A DNA stretch of 64,000 nt. Origin: Pelomyxa schiedti. Its lineage: Eukaryota > Protista > Evosea. The notes under the pieces were generated by a model. That model saw only the letters and a list, made by a program, of their open reading frames with translations, was not told where the DNA came from and made no database searches. The stretch covers positions 10,367-74,366 of the forward strand of contig JAHLWZ010000852.1 in assembly GCA_020536535.1 (NCBI GenBank), given 5' to 3'. Positions 23,857-37,093 of this stretch are shown piece by piece; positions within the stretch are counted from its first letter, which is position 1; every line of letters begins with the position of its first letter. Made by a program: the position numbers and the translations under genes.

Positions 23857-26382
23857 TTAGGGGTCTTCGTCGTCACTTGTAGCGCGTGTCGAGGAATACT
23901 CCATGGCATAGCGCAGTGCGGCAATCTTCTGGGGTAGGAGGGCCAACATTTGCTTGCAGAGCTGAGTCCAGTATTAGCGTGCTTGTGAAAGTGCAAGATT
24001 GTGCGGATTACTTGCATGTGTGTACTGAAGTTCTTGGGTGAATTCTTTTCACCATAGTCAGAGAGCCAGGAGTACTCAACCAGAGCTTTCTTCATATTCT
24101 CTACACAAACCTCCAAGTCAGAACTTATTAATTGCGTGTACCTGTTTTTCGTTAGGTGTTGTGTTAGGGAATTAAGTGGGTTTACAATCTGGCACGCGAG
24201 AACCGGGCAGCCAACACGGCATCTTCGTTGCCGCCGAGGGGCTTTCCTTCAAAACATCTTACAAGTCTGGAGAAATATGTGATAGACGAGTTGATTCTGC
24301 TCTAGGGTTAGCGGCATATAACATTACATGGATGCCACACATCCTGTTGATTTTATAGTCAAGTTCGTGACTGTTGGTGGCGGCCTGAACTTTTAACAAT
24401 TGATCTGCATATTCTGAATGCATGTTTCCGAGTTTGTCATACAACTCTTGAAGTTCAAAGTTGTAAAATTGCGGATTTAGCTGTGACACAAGGGGTTCGA
24501 GTAGAGAGATTCGCTTCTCCTGAAGTTTACTTTTGGTTTTGGTAATTGCTTTCGTGAATATGAGCTAGACAAACCATCTCCGCTCCAAGTTAGTGTCATA
24601 CGAGATTAGTAGTCTATAGAGTTTGCAGAGATCCTTTTTTGTACTCAGAACATGATTAAATTGAGCCTTGGCGTACATTCAACAATTTCATATGATCTGA
24701 GGTAAAGCCGTCAAGTACATAATATTTCATGCCAGAAATTAGTAGATCTCTGATTCTAGAAAACAGTACGTAGGCCTATGAGGATTAAAAAAATATGGGG
24801 GAAATTGGCATCAACCTGCTCATACGTGTCAATTGTAGAAAATTGAACCAACTCGCTGGGGGATGGGGCATTCTCACCCCCAAACAAAGGTTCTGGTGTC
24901 TCCACACCACATGGAGAGATGCTCTTGAGTTCTCCGATGTGTTGTTTGTACTTGAACTTAAAAAAGTCAAGCAACCAATGGGCTCTGGCACTGTGCGATT
25001 TAAGTACATATCACTGAATTTTGTTTTACTAAGTACATGCTACAATTTATCTTGTTCTCTTCACTGGTAGTGACAGGTAAAGTAGCTGCAGCAATGGATA
25101 AACATTGCTCTGCAGCAAAGAACATGTAGTGCTCAACATAATATGCAGCAAGTGAAACACAGTTTAAAGCCCATTCCTATCGGTATTAATGGGAAAACTT
25201 CAACGTATTGGCGATTACTTCGGAATTGTAAGTATTTGAGGCACGTTGTCTCTTCAAAGTCTCATAACAGTACTGGGCAGCCTTCACGGTTTCAGTAACA
25301 GGAAAAGGAAAAAAGTGAGCTCGTTACCATAGACTTCTTCGAATTAATGTTATACATTTGAGCAAGGTAATAAAGGGTATGAGTGTAGAGAGATTCGATT
25401 TCATTGTGATACCCGGTGTGCGTAAATGGTAAAACTTCAGCTTCATTTCTGAGAAAAAATTTTGGGATAAGATCAAAGTGAGCAATTGTGCCTGCTACTT
25501 GCCTGCGTTTAATTTGGAGGTACACTGCCTCGGCCTGCTTTAAGTATCTCTCTGCTTCTTCGTGGTTGGATCTGTCTGAAGCCAATACACCAAGTCTATT
25601 TAACGAATCTATTGCTATACTTCCCCACCCGCGACGGTGGTCACCAACAGGAAGGGCACTTGCAGAGTTGTCCAAGGGGCAAATTCTTGATAACCTAACC
25701 TCTGATAAGATAATCAAATGATAGCCAGGAGTTAACAATTTATGGAGATTCGATTCCCCAGCAGCATTGTCCTCACTATTGAGAGCATTGATTCCAAGTA
25801 CATAATGGATAACTGATTTCATGTCAGCCTGTGTTAAGAAGCAGACCTCTTTTAAAACAGATTCCCCACATTAATTCTACTTTCATAAAATTGCCCTGAA
25901 ATTTCCCGCGTCATACCTGGTCTTCAGAATCCGAATTCAATCTAGATAGTAACTCTTTCTAAATGAAAGTGCTGTTAGTAACTGGCAAAGCAATCAATCC
26001 TGAGTACCAGCACATCATCAGATTTGTAGATAGACTTGAATGGAGTCTCTGGTGGATCTTGAACTTTCAGTAGATCCTCTACTTGTTCCATAACCCGTTC
26101 GAATTCAGCAAGAGGTAACTCGCTTGAACTCGTAGAAGTGGAAGACGTTGTGGTTGTAGACGTAACTGTAGGTGCAGACGCAGGTGGAGACGGAGACAGA
26201 GGAACACTTGCAGCACTCGGATTAGGGATTGCTTCCGACGCCACCGTATCCGCACTCGCATCGTGTCCCTCTGCGGTAGTAGTTACCACTGAGGGGATCT
26301 CTGTCGTTTTCGTCGGTCCCTCATCACTGACCGTTGTCGATAATTCGGTAGTACTCGTAGTTACCGCCCCTTCCGCGCTCAT
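23857..26382 (-). CDS. KIF-binding protein (KBP/KIAA1279-like) homolog
   Basis: DPPETPFKS.Y, NRLGVL...R..HEEA..YL..AE, YTHTLYYLAQMY, YC..TL.RQ, WALNC..LA.YY, LEPL...LNPQFY. Multi-exon TPR-like helical protein. Confidence 0.75.
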
Positions 26383-26656
26383 CGCCACGAAGTTTTTGCG
26401 AAAAAGAAAATTTTGTTGTATGACTGTGGGCATTAGAATTCAAAGTGGCAGTTTGATAGGTTGGCAGGGAACTACAGTACACGAGTTGGAGGTATCGGTG
26501 AAAGAGTTCAGACTCCCAAGCGATGTGTCAGTTCTAAACTCGGCCTTGTCAGCCTTCCGGTAATTACCCGGGAATTCCGCTCAAAAAGGTCAAACCATAA
26601 AAAAACTGCGAAACCCGAACGACGTGGGCAATCTTGCGACTAAAGGCCGGTGTCGA

Positions 26657-27601
26657 ATGACAAGAAGGTTGCGCAGAAACACAACTGGCAAGTTATGGAA
26701 GGCTTGGACACTAAGTGCGGCTTTTCTCTGCTTTTTTTTGTTGTCGTCGTTCTCTAAGATCTGTATTGTGTGCAAAAGGAGGCACGCTGCTGTTGGCACA
26801 TTTTGTTAAAGGACTACTTTCATGCATTTTGAATTCGAATTCTTTTGGCTTGTTTCCGTTGCGGAGGTTTGTTCCCTTTTGCGGTGCCCGTCATCAACTT
26901 TTTCAAGGAGGAGACTCATACCAGGGAAAGATGACGGCAGTAAAAAAACTTTAATTCTTGACCTTGACGAAACTTTAATTCACAGCTCCTTTGAGGTACA
27001 CTGCACCTACTTCCTTCCTCTGTGACTGAGTTAATTATCACAGCCTGTTTGTAAATATGATTTCTCTCTGGAGATGTTCCTTTGCCAACAACACTGCAAA
27101 GTTTATGTCACAAAACGCCCTGGGCTTGAGGAATTTCTTAATTCCATAAAAGAAAAATTTGAGATTGTGGTTTTCACTGCTAGTTTAAAAGAGGTTCGCC
27201 ATTTGATATTAACCTATCTCTCCAAATAACCTCCAATAGTATGCAGATCCAATTTTAGACCTAATAGACCCCAACAATATTATCCACCACCGCCTTTATC
27301 GTGATTCCTGCCATGTGGTCAGGAAATTACATGTTAAGGTAAGAGTAATTCATTACCAATCTCCAAAGAAAAACTATCTTCGTAGGACCTAAACTGGCTC
27401 GGGAGAGATGTCAACAAGTGTGTAATAGTCGACAACTCACCTGTATCATACCTTCTGCATCCACAGAATGCTATTCCTATACGATCATTTATGGGGGATT
27501 GCACTGATTCCGAGTTGAATTCATTAAGTGAAATTCTGACTGAAATGGCCAACTCCCCACTAACTGTACCATCTACCTTGGCACTAATGAAAAACCCCTA
27601 A
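26657..27601 (+). CDS. SCP/NIF (FCP1-like) small CTD phosphatase
   Basis: KKTLILDLDETLIHS, KRPGL.EFL, FEIVVFTAS, YADPILDLIDP, LYRDSC, KDL..LGRD....IVDNSP.SY..HPQNAIPI. Start is uncertain. Confidence 0.9.
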
Positions 27602-27828
27602 CACACACCACACCACCAGTTTTGTCCCTTGTAGTGACAAAATACTGAAAATATCCCCCTGTTCTCCTTGTTTACCTCCACCACGAAGGCGCCAAAAACC
27701 TCGCAATAACGGGAAACTTTAAAAACCAAGAAAAATCAAAAAAAAAAAGAACGTGGAAATTTACCCACGAGGCCCCGCTAACCACCTCCCCTCCAGTATA
27801 AGCCACACCAGTACGAGTGCATCAACAA

Positions 27829-29760
27829 ATGCCCAGCGCTGCCCCTGCATCCCCGCTCTCCACCCCCACCAAGCCCCGCCGACACGCGCACCCCGCCGCG
27901 AGCCCCATCGCCGCCACCACCGCCGCTACCAGGAGCAAGAAGTGCGCCTCGGCTTCGGCCTCAGCAGCCGCAGCAGTAACCAGCAAGCACCTGCGCCGCC
28001 CCCGCCGCGGCCGCGACGCGGAGGAGACCCCCAGCAGCCCCAGGCCTTCCGTGGCCACGCCGCAGAGGCGCAAGGCGCGGCGGCGCAGCAGCCTGCTCTT
28101 TGACACCCTGGTCCCTTCGTCCCCCCCCTCGTTGGCGGCCGCCCGGCCCCACCAACGAATCCTCAGCAGCACGAGCGAGGACGACGACGACGAGAGCATA
28201 CGGGGAACCGACGACGACAACAATGACAACGACAACGACGATGGCAGTGTCGGTGATGACGGCAGGGACGAGGACGAGGGCGGTGACGCACCCAGGAATA
28301 AGAATAAGAACAAGGACAGGAACAGGAGGAAGCACGGCGAGAGTGGTGGAAGGTATGTGTCACGTTGTGAGAGGGGCAGAGTGGCAGACAGAGACGACGA
28401 AGGGATCGAAACAGCCTCGACTCCGTCGAAAAGGAGCGGGAACGAGGAGAGCAACCTGTGGTATGCGTCGCCGGCTCGGCCTCTGCCACCTTTGTCGACG
28501 GATACTGACATCACACAGAGGTTTGCTTCACTCGATATTTCCTTATCCATCTGTATCACGTTTTCTTTATGTCTTGGCTGTTTTCTAATGATAAATTTCT
28601 CACATAGTGGAAATTGCTATAAAAGAGTGCAACGTGGCTACGGATTACCGGTAAACAACACACAACCACTAGTGTCATTTCTGGCAGATGCGATGATAAG
28701 GCAGAACCCCCATTCAGAGTGTTCAACATCAGCTGACGAAAATACTCCTCATTCATCACCCTCTTCTGATCGATCCAATCCTGCAACTGCCTTACCCAAT
28801 GGTAGCGATGCAACACTGGTTATGGCTACTGCTAACGGTAAAGTATTGATGCTGTCACGCACATCATCCTTTGATGAAGCTGTAAAATTGCAAGTAAGAG
28901 CGTTAAATGATGTCTTCAGCTCTGTGGACCAGTTTTGTATTGAAGAAGAAGTGAAAAAAGGTGGTGCATCTCCGCAAAAACCACCACAACACCCAGAACC
29001 AGTACCTGATTATAACCGCGTATCACACACTACTCCAACCCAATGCCCCACCCTCAAACAACATGAACCTCACAGGCACAAAACAAAGGCTCAACCCAGG
29101 GAACAAACACCTAGGAAAAGGCTAAGCACTGCGCCGTCTGAGACAAAAAGCAAAAAACCACGCCACAATGACAGCAGCACCACGACGCAACACACCAAGA
29201 GCCCAAAGAAAGGCAAGAAGGAAGAGGACCCCAGTGCCGGCGGGAAGCCCAAGCCGAAGCACGCGGAACTGCCGAAACCTTCACCGCTCAAGGCGAACGC
29301 CGCACCCCGCCTCTCCCCCGCCTGCACGCGCCCGTCCCTGCACATATCCTCGCTCCTTTCCTCCAGCCCAAGAAAGAATCCACCACCAACACCCCTCAAG
29401 TGCCGCAACACCGCCACCACAGCCACACTCAATGACCACAACACAAACACCAACACAAACCCAGCACCATTTACTCTACCAGAACCACTTCCACACCTTG
29501 ACAATCACAACACGGACAGCAACAGCAGCTTCCCCATACCAATAACACCACCCTCATCACCACAAAAACAGCAACAACTACATCAGCACGCAGTCACAGC
29601 GACAAGGAAGCCGGCTGCCTCACCCTCACGCTCAACCCACAAGTCGGTACTGGTGTCACCACACCGCTCCCCAAAAAAGGATAGGCCTGTGCCGTTCCCG
29701 TCTTTGTTTGGGGCTGCAGCACCCAAACACTACTCGAGGAGGAAAATGGTTAAGACCTAA
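27829..29760 (+). CDS. Low-complexity Pro/Ser/Lys/Asp-rich hypothetical protein
   Basis: About 640-codon open frame with no recognisable domain. A short in-frame intron near 28552-28608 is possible. Confidence 0.6.
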   Translation: MPSAAPASPLSTPTKPRRHAHPAASPIAATTAATRSKKCASASASAAAAVTSKHLRRPRRGRDAEETPSSPRPSVATPQRRKARRRSSLLFDTLVPSSPPSLAAARPHQRILSSTSEDDDDESIRGTDDDNNDNDNDDGSVGDDGRDEDEGGDAPRNKNKNKDRNRRKHGESGGRYVSRCERGRVADRDDEGIETASTPSKRSGNEESNLWYASPARPLPPLSTDTDITQRFASLDISLSICITFSLCLGCFLMINFSHSGNCYKRVQRGYGLPVNNTQPLVSFLADAMIRQNPHSECSTSADENTPHSSPSSDRSNPATALPNGSDATLVMATANGKVLMLSRTSSFDEAVKLQVRALNDVFSSVDQFCIEEEVKKGGASPQKPPQHPEPVPDYNRVSHTTPTQCPTLKQHEPHRHKTKAQPREQTPRKRLSTAPSETKSKKPRHNDSSTTTQHTKSPKKGKKEEDPSAGGKPKPKHAELPKPSPLKANAAPRLSPACTRPSLHISSLLSSSPRKNPPPTPLKCRNTATTATLNDHNTNTNTNPAPFTLPEPLPHLDNHNTDSNSSFPIPITPPSSPQKQQQLHQHAVTATRKPAASPSRSTHKSVLVSPHRSPKKDRPVPFPSLFGAAAPKHYSRRKMVKT

Positions 29761-29917
29761 AAGCCCTTGGAAATTTAGCATAGCAGTTCTAAGACCTCCA
29801 GAGCAAAAAAAAAAAGTCCCGCAGTTGTAAATAACTACCAACTCTAGATCAACTCGTAGTGTTGTTCTTTTTTTTTCTTTTCTGGTCGAACGAGGAAAAG
29901 AAAGGAGCAGGCAACCA

Positions 29918-30939
29918 ATGCGCACCGGAAAAAAGAGATGCAAAAGTAACGGCAGTGGATTGAGCTCCACCGCAAAATCAGAGCAAAGCCGCAACATGCG
30001 AGCCAGAACGGCGGAGAGCAGTAGCCCCAGCGCACAGCAGCCTGTTGTAATTATGGGATCCCCCGGCAACGAAAACTCCTCCCCCGTCGCGTCCACGACT
30101 ACGTCGTCAGCTAACAGAAACATGGGCATCGTTGCAATCATGCAAATAATTCATTGTATCCAAGGGAGACAGTGCAAACCTAGAGACTCACATCAAAATG
30201 CGAACGCGGCTCTGTACCGACCGGATCGGGATGACCAGAGGTTGATTGTTTCAAAAGCAGAACCAAGTGCCACAGAGTCATTGCCGGCCTTGGTGAAGCA
30301 CACCGGGGTAACGGTGTGGCTTTCCGTTGGTATGATAATCAGATAATAAGTGATGACAGTATTTGCTAACATACAGTTCCATCAGATACACGAGATTCAC
30401 GAGAATCACTGATGATTCGCAACGTCACAGAAGGCGGGAGGTCTTCAGGTCCATTTACTGTGACTTTACTACATGTGGAACCAGAGGTAACAGATCTGGA
30501 AAAAATGGATGTAGTCATGACCATTGGTACTAATATCAGCACTTATTCTACAATTCTCAACACCCACCCAACATTAGAAATACCTGCATTCCGGGAATCC
30601 AACAGGGGACCGGTTCCTCTGATGCCCTCATACTGGCCCCGAGTTCCTATGACGCCCTCATTCTGGCCCCAGATATATATTGAGCCTCCGCCATATCCAA
30701 ATCCACCTTGGCAACTTCAGAGCTATGGCGATTCGGATTCTAATCCTATGGTACCCCTTCAGGCTCCAGCCGCCTATAGTTACGAAACTCACAGCCCAAG
30801 CTCACCTCCACTCGAAGGCAATTATGTGGTTTCCCCCACATATGCTTTAGTTGTCGTCCCTGCAGATGTTGTGGTTACACCTGAAACACTCGACACACCC
30901 CAAACACCACCCGACGTGGTAGCCACCTTTTTTTGTTAA
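29918..30939 (+). CDS. Hypothetical protein, two exons, Pro-rich C-terminus
   Basis: ORFs 29918-30346 and 30412-30939 can be joined by a short GT-AG intron near 30330-30377. Confidence 0.5.
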
Positions 30940-31148
30940 AATTTAAACACGAAATCGTCTCTTTAAAGCAAGCCTCTCTTCCCACAACTAGGCCAGCGGG
31001 CCAGTTGGCAAAACAACTGGTTTCGCCACTAAAAAATTGGTGGCTGAGCACGTGCTTGTTCGAAGGGGGAGCCCTAGGGGTCTCAGTCTCAGGCAATCAG
31101 ATCAGAATTTTTTTTTTCTGTCTTTAAAAAAAATTATTATCTGCCTCC

Positions 31149-31675
31149 ATGGGCATTAAAGGTAAATTGTCCGACAATTGTCCGACTTATCCCTTTGTTG
31201 CAGGTTTGCTAAAAGCCTGTGCGGAGGGATGCATCGTGGTCCAGGGCAACCCCCTGTGGCCTGATCGACAGTTTTTCTAAGCAAAAGCTACGCTGCCCAA
31301 TGACCTTCGCAGCCTCCACAAAGCAAAGTCCTCTCATGGGTGGTCAAAATCAAGTCGTGGGGTGTAAGCCGCATTATTTTCGTGATCGATGGGGCCGTGT
31401 CACCCGATCGATTTGCGTGTTGGAAGAAAAGGCGCACCGCTGACCTGCACCGACACCGCCAAATAATGACAAGCCTGATTACGGGATCTGTATCTCCTGT
31501 ATTGCCACCTCCTGCCTCAGTCGGCACCCCCCAATCAGATCATAAAGACGAGAAGGAAGATTTGCCTGGAACTAAGAGATCTGCTCCTGCACTCAGTAAT
31601 GAGATTGTAGAAAAACCAGCAAAGAATCCACAGACAGAAAGTTGGCCTTTAAAAGGTATTTGTTGCTCCACTTAA
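31149..31675 (+). pseudogene. Frameshifted XPG/asteroid/FAM120-type PIN-domain nuclease remnant
   Basis: MGIK|GLLKA across a 42-nt intron (31162-31203). LID...GGQ follows in a second frame and WGVSRIIFVIDG.V...W.KRR in a third. The first frame stops at 31278. Confidence 0.5.
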
Positions 31676-32506
31676 TTCTAATTTCTTATAACTGTGCATA
31701 ATAGGTGGCAAGTTGTCAGGCAAAATAAATCCAGTGGCTTCTGGACTTGCAACTCAAATTGATCAATTGCAACAATACAGTGTTCCAAAAGCTGGTGACT
31801 TGACTGTTGAAGGTCTAAATGAGCTGGATGGTGGTTGTTGTCAGACTGTAATCACCAATGGTAGTTCTTTGTTTTAAAATAATAATATTAACCACTTTTC
31901 ATTAAGCAAAGAGAATACAGACTTCTGTATCTGCCAGTCTAAATGGAGTTGAAAAGACTGTTATTACCACTTGTAGTCATTTTCCTTTCAAAATGTTTCT
32001 TACATTCTCTATAGATCAAAAGAGAATCCCAACTTCTGCTCCAAATCAGAATTCAAAAGGGAAAAGAAAGAGGCCAAAGAAAAAGCCACGAAGGGGCAGG
32101 TGGCACCTCCCCAGACTGCTGCTAACACCCATACAACAGTAGTGCCTACAAGTAGTACAACTTGTATTTATTATGTACTTGCTGATATTTTATCTAGGTG
32201 GCAAAAATACAGTTTTCCCTAAACTGAGAATACAGAACAGTCAAGAGCATGAGCAAGGTGTTTGCTCGAAGTAGCCGGATTTCTTGTGAACACTGTCACC
32301 AGTCACACTTCCTCTCATTTTCGAAGCCAATATTGCCAGAGAGTAACCACCAGGTTGTTTATGAAGCCTTGGCAGAAAGTCAGAGTGTGGTAGGGACACA
32401 CTCTGCTTTTTTTTTTCACCCTTTTGGGAAAGGTGTTCTTTGCAGTGAAGGAGTCTGATGGACAATGTGCCTTCATTGCTAAAGTGGAAGATGCCTGGGG
32501 CACAAC

Positions 32507-32698
32507 TTGCAAGCTTTTCTGAGGGAATATGTTTTGGAAATATAATCATTTCCTGTGAGACAAGAAAGTTGTGGTGGTTGTGCACAACAATCACCACATG
32601 CCTAGGCAAGTCCTCCTTTGTGAACAATTACCACCACTTTCTTGGCTCCCAGGAAATGACTACATTTCCAAAACATATTCCTTCAAAAAAGCTTGCAA
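32507..32698. repeat. Long imperfect inverted repeat (81-nt arms, 30-nt loop)
   Basis: 32507-32587 against the reverse complement of 32618-32698 gives 71/81 identical, ungapped. Confidence 0.95.
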
Positions 32699-33762
32699 TG
32701 TTCTTCATCAATAGAATGCAGCAAAATATACAGATACACTTGAAGCAGTATCCTGTCAGAAGTTCAAAGCAAGTCTTGAATCCTGCAATCTTATTAATCC
32801 AAGTACCACCTAACAAAAAACAATTAGCAATATTAGGAAACATGTTGTTGTGGGTGCAAAGTGATGAAGCAATCTAGTGGCTCCTTGCTACTGCAGGGGA
32901 GTCACTTGGGACATTTCAAGGAGGACACCAATACCAAAGGGGATGACACAGCACTCCCTCTGCTATATACCACACAAGAGGCACCTCCAGGTTATGGAAA
33001 AGTTGAGGTGTCCCCCTTGCCTTAACATAATCCAGGGAATGGGCCCCTTTGGTGCTTGCATAGCAACTGCTCAGTTGTATCACCCCTACATTGACCGGTG
33101 CTGCCACATTGCACTGATTGCCCAGCAGTCCTTACTGGACCTCACACCCAATGCTTGGCCTCACTTAGAAGATTTCAAACACAAAACCACAGGCACCAAC
33201 TCCACATTGCCCACATATTCTACAACAGTCCCCAAAGCAATACCAATTACAAAACAATCACAAACAGAAACAGCTACATTCCTTGCTTTCTAGAAACCAA
33301 ACCAAAAGAAAACTGTTTTCTTCCACCCCACCACCGTGAAAATATTTGAAAGGCACCAAGAAACCCAAAGTCCATACTCTTGTCCATACTCTTTCCAAGT
33401 GCTGTTTGGTGGAACAAGGAAGAAACCATCACAAAAAAGAACCAACTTGGTGGTTTTTGGGTGGGTTGTAGTCACCAAGTTGTGTTCTATGTGCCAACAT
33501 GCACCACAAGGGCACATGCTTGAGCACGGCCTCACACCAACACCACTCCACCTCTCTGTAGCCCATGCACCTGCACGCAAAGCTTGGCGGAGTTCGCGGA
33601 AATGATTTTGTTGTCTTCGCGGAGAGAAAACGACCTTTCCTTTTTGACCTAGAGTTGAACTGTTTTTTTACTTACCATCAGAAACACGTGCAGCACAACC
33701 ACCGTGCGGTACCGTGTTGGTTTGTTTTTTGTCTGGTTCCGCATTACCACGACACACCCACG

Positions 33763-35260
33763 ATGCACTCTCGTATGCAACCACGGGCTGTAAACCAGAC
33801 TACTCAACAGCAACAACCACGTTCCCGTGCCGCCCCCAGCCGGCAGCAGCACACCGTGCCCCCCTCGTCTTGGCGTGGTGCTGAGCGACGGGCCTCCACG
33901 GCGCCGCCCCGGCGCCCCCATCGCGCCCCCCGCAGAGGCCCCTCCTCCTCCTCCATGGCCCCGCCTGCTGCCCCCCCGATGCTGCCCCCGTGCCTCCTCG
34001 CGCCCATGGCCGCGCCGCGCCCGCCCCCGCCCCCCAGGCCCCGCCCCGCCCGCGCCGTGGGCCCCACGCCGTCCCCGTCGGCGCCCCCGTGGGGGCCGCT
34101 GCCGGGCCTCTCGGGGGCGGCGCTGGCCACCACCAGCACGGAGCAGCTGCGGCGCCTGCTTATGCTGCCGAGCGGGAGTGTGAGTGGCGAGCAGCGGGTG
34201 AGAATAGTGGCGGCGATGCAGAGGCTCAACAGGAGCGCCATTGTCAGCGAGCTCGCGAGCTCCCCGCGAACATGCAACCGTGACTGGGCCCCCTTGTTTG
34301 TCAATTTGCAGGACGTGGGTCACTCTATACTACTACTTGCTTGTGTTTTGTATCTTATTTGTTTAACTTGTTTGTTAGCTTTCCTTTCCTTTCCTTTTGT
34401 TTGGTTACAATTTTCTTTGTTGTTAGAAGTCTTGCTATTGAGTGTATAACTTTAAACTAGATACAAGAAAAGAGTTGGGGAATACATGAATGGTCACAAC
34501 AGCCACAGTCCGCACTAACACGAGCTTCAATTTTACACACGGCACAACAAGCTATGCAGCTACTACACTGCTTGGCAGAAATAGCTCCAACCAATATGAG
34601 GGTGTGGAGGAATAATATGAAGTGAGGACTCTCTCAGAAACTTTTTTAAAAAAAAAATCCTCCAGGAACAAATTATGCATTCTGCACTTGATACTTTGAA
34701 AGACATTGATTCACCCACAGCTTCCAGTAACAAGACACGGCATTCTGAAATAACTTTGCCGGGTTTGCATCATGCAACTGGGAACAGCTTAACTCAGACA
34801 TCATCATTACCAACCAAACGAAATCTCTCAGAAATAAAGTAAGACATCTCTTCTACCAATTATATCTTTTTTCCAGTGCTCATACACGTAAGTGGATTGT
34901 ACACAGTTTCCTGCCCTACCTCACTAAAGAGGGTACGCACAAACCAACAATAGAAATTCTGCTCACCCCTAACAGGGAAGGTACTGCACTGAAATAGAAA
35001 CATATCCTGACTACTCGGACTATTCCTCATCCTCACCAGAGCAACACTCATCATCAGAATCATCCCCATCACAAACCCAACAACACACAACAGACTCCAC
35101 GGAAGAAGAGGAGGAAGAATTAGAACTATTCCCCCCGCTATCCAGCTGCCTCGACGTAGTTGTACCCCATGCACAGCACCCCAAACGAGACCAACCCCGT
35201 AATTCTCCCCCGCCAGACCCCCCACAACAACAGAAACAACCACAGTCTGGCCACCTATAA
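33763..35260 (+). CDS. Hypothetical multi-exon protein with GC-rich, Pro-rich N-terminus
   Basis: ATG at 33763 within a long GC-rich ORF, with downstream exons flanked by GT-AG and a Ser/Glu/Pro-rich last exon ending TAA at 35260. Confidence 0.45.
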
Positions 35261-35433
35261 CTGAACACAATATCATCACCATAAAGACATCTCCTAATCA
35301 CAATAAGCAACCTCTCTATCCTCATTCTCAAAACGAAAGAGGATAGGAAAAAGGAAAAGTACTTCTAGCTAAGATTTTCATTTTTGATTTTTGTTTTCAA
35401 AAGTGGTGTTGGTGCTAAATACAAAAAAAAGGC

Positions 35434-36837
35434 TCAAGAGTCATCGAGGACTCTTGGTTTGGGAACATATTCTACACAGCGGGATGGGTCTGTTGGGTAC
35501 CTTTGCTGACAAAAAGTCATCAATCGCTTGATAGATTGTAGGTATTTCCTTGTCGTCTCGTCATTTAGAATGTCTAGTGTCACTGGGTTAAGATGGCATG
35601 AAAAACGGAAGGTTACATACGCGCAACAGACTTCGAGAAAATTTTTTCTCGGGCAGAACGTTCGTGGATACCAACCATGGTTACACCCATGGGCCATGGT
35701 GCATTGCCAATAGCCATTCCCAAGTAAGCATCGTTAGCTTTGACGTAGTCCCTTTCTTTGAGGAATTTGACAATATCGATTACAGGGATCAAAATATCAT
35801 CTGCAACTGTCTGTCATGTGTTATTGGCCGATAAGCCATCACAGTTTAATGAAACCTTCGCATTGAGGAGGTCAAAGAATGGCAGAACGTTATTGTAGCA
35901 CTGCTGAAAAGTGGCTGTGGCCAGTTTCCCTTGCGAAGATCGTCGTTCCGCTTCCGGTTTTTCAGCTAATTGTTCGTTCCAGTCATTCAGCAATTTCTGA
36001 CGGGCATTGATTGTTTGCAGTAGTTGTGCCTAAAGATACCTTGAAGAAAACCATGATTTCTTCTTCTACAGTGGCACATTTATCAGGAATGACAAACGGA
36101 GCTCCACACTCATTTTCTTTTGGCTTCTTTGGTTCATCTCCCTGCTTTCAGTTAGGAAAGGTAAATAAAAGAGAAACGGGCATACAGTTTCCATGGCTCG
36201 GATAGATTTCAAAATCTCATTATCTGTGCCAGCTACATACTCCATGGGCTCCCTCTTTTTGAGTGTGGGTTTGAAAGGTTTCAAAAAATAAGGTATATGC
36301 GAACCTCTTCTAACTTGTGCAGTCTATGTGCTCTCTGGTGGTCATCTTCTCCAAAAAGTGTAATTGGTTGGCCCCTCTGTCGAAGACGGGCCATAACTTC
36401 TCTAACAGGAAGGAGTAACTCGGGTCCTTCTGTCTCCTGCGGCAAGGGTTATTATTTTAAAAACAATGGTCTAAAGGTGCAACTTCTCTGAAATTTCAAG
36501 GTGAAAGAGTACTTGCCTGTTTCTCCTCGGGCTCACTAACGCTCCGCAAAGTGTTTTGCACTCTCTCCCTCAGTAATTTTTGTTCCTGAAGAAAAGGAAA
36601 CAAGTGTGAATTTGGTGGCAAAACAAGCACAATACGTACAGCTTCTCGTTTTGCGTTCTGTTCCTCCAAGTACTTGCGCTCCCTCTCTCGTTCCAGATCT
36701 CCTCTTGTCATATACCGCTTCGACGCCGGGGGTTTAGTCTCCGTCTGTGAACGTCGCTTTCTCGCCACCTCGTCATGCAAACTACTAATGAGATCTCTCG
36801 GTATTGCCGCCGTTGCAGGTGAAGCCTTAGCTGCCAT
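35434..36837 (-). CDS. PRP18: Pre-mRNA splicing factor Prp18
   Basis: [26 protein letters not shown] (PRP4-like motif), [54 protein letters not shown]. Confidence 0.95.
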
Positions 36838-37093
36838 CTCCAACACCCTTGTTTGTTTTTCGAAATGAAATGAATTTTCTCCTCTCAGATCAAGATAATT
36901 GATTTGCCTGCCAGTGGTGTGTTCGGTACCCCAACGCGAAATTGTAACTAAGACCTGAGAAGAAATGCACGTGTGAGTGACCACTCTTGTTGTTGAAATC
37001 ACCATCGTCTCCTTACATTTTTTTTTCTTCTCTTTCCCATCATCTGGTGTGGTTTCTGTTTTCTTTTTGTCAAGTGTGCAGGCCAACTGTGGC

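Noticed and set aside
27822-29545. Antisense and alternate-frame ORFs over the low-complexity gene
   Set aside because: Explained by GC-rich, low-complexity codon usage.
31001-31090. Run of short hairpins (CCAGTTG/CAACTGG, GCCACTA/TGGTGGC)
   Set aside because: Stems of 6-7 bp are expected by chance and match no RNA family I recognise.
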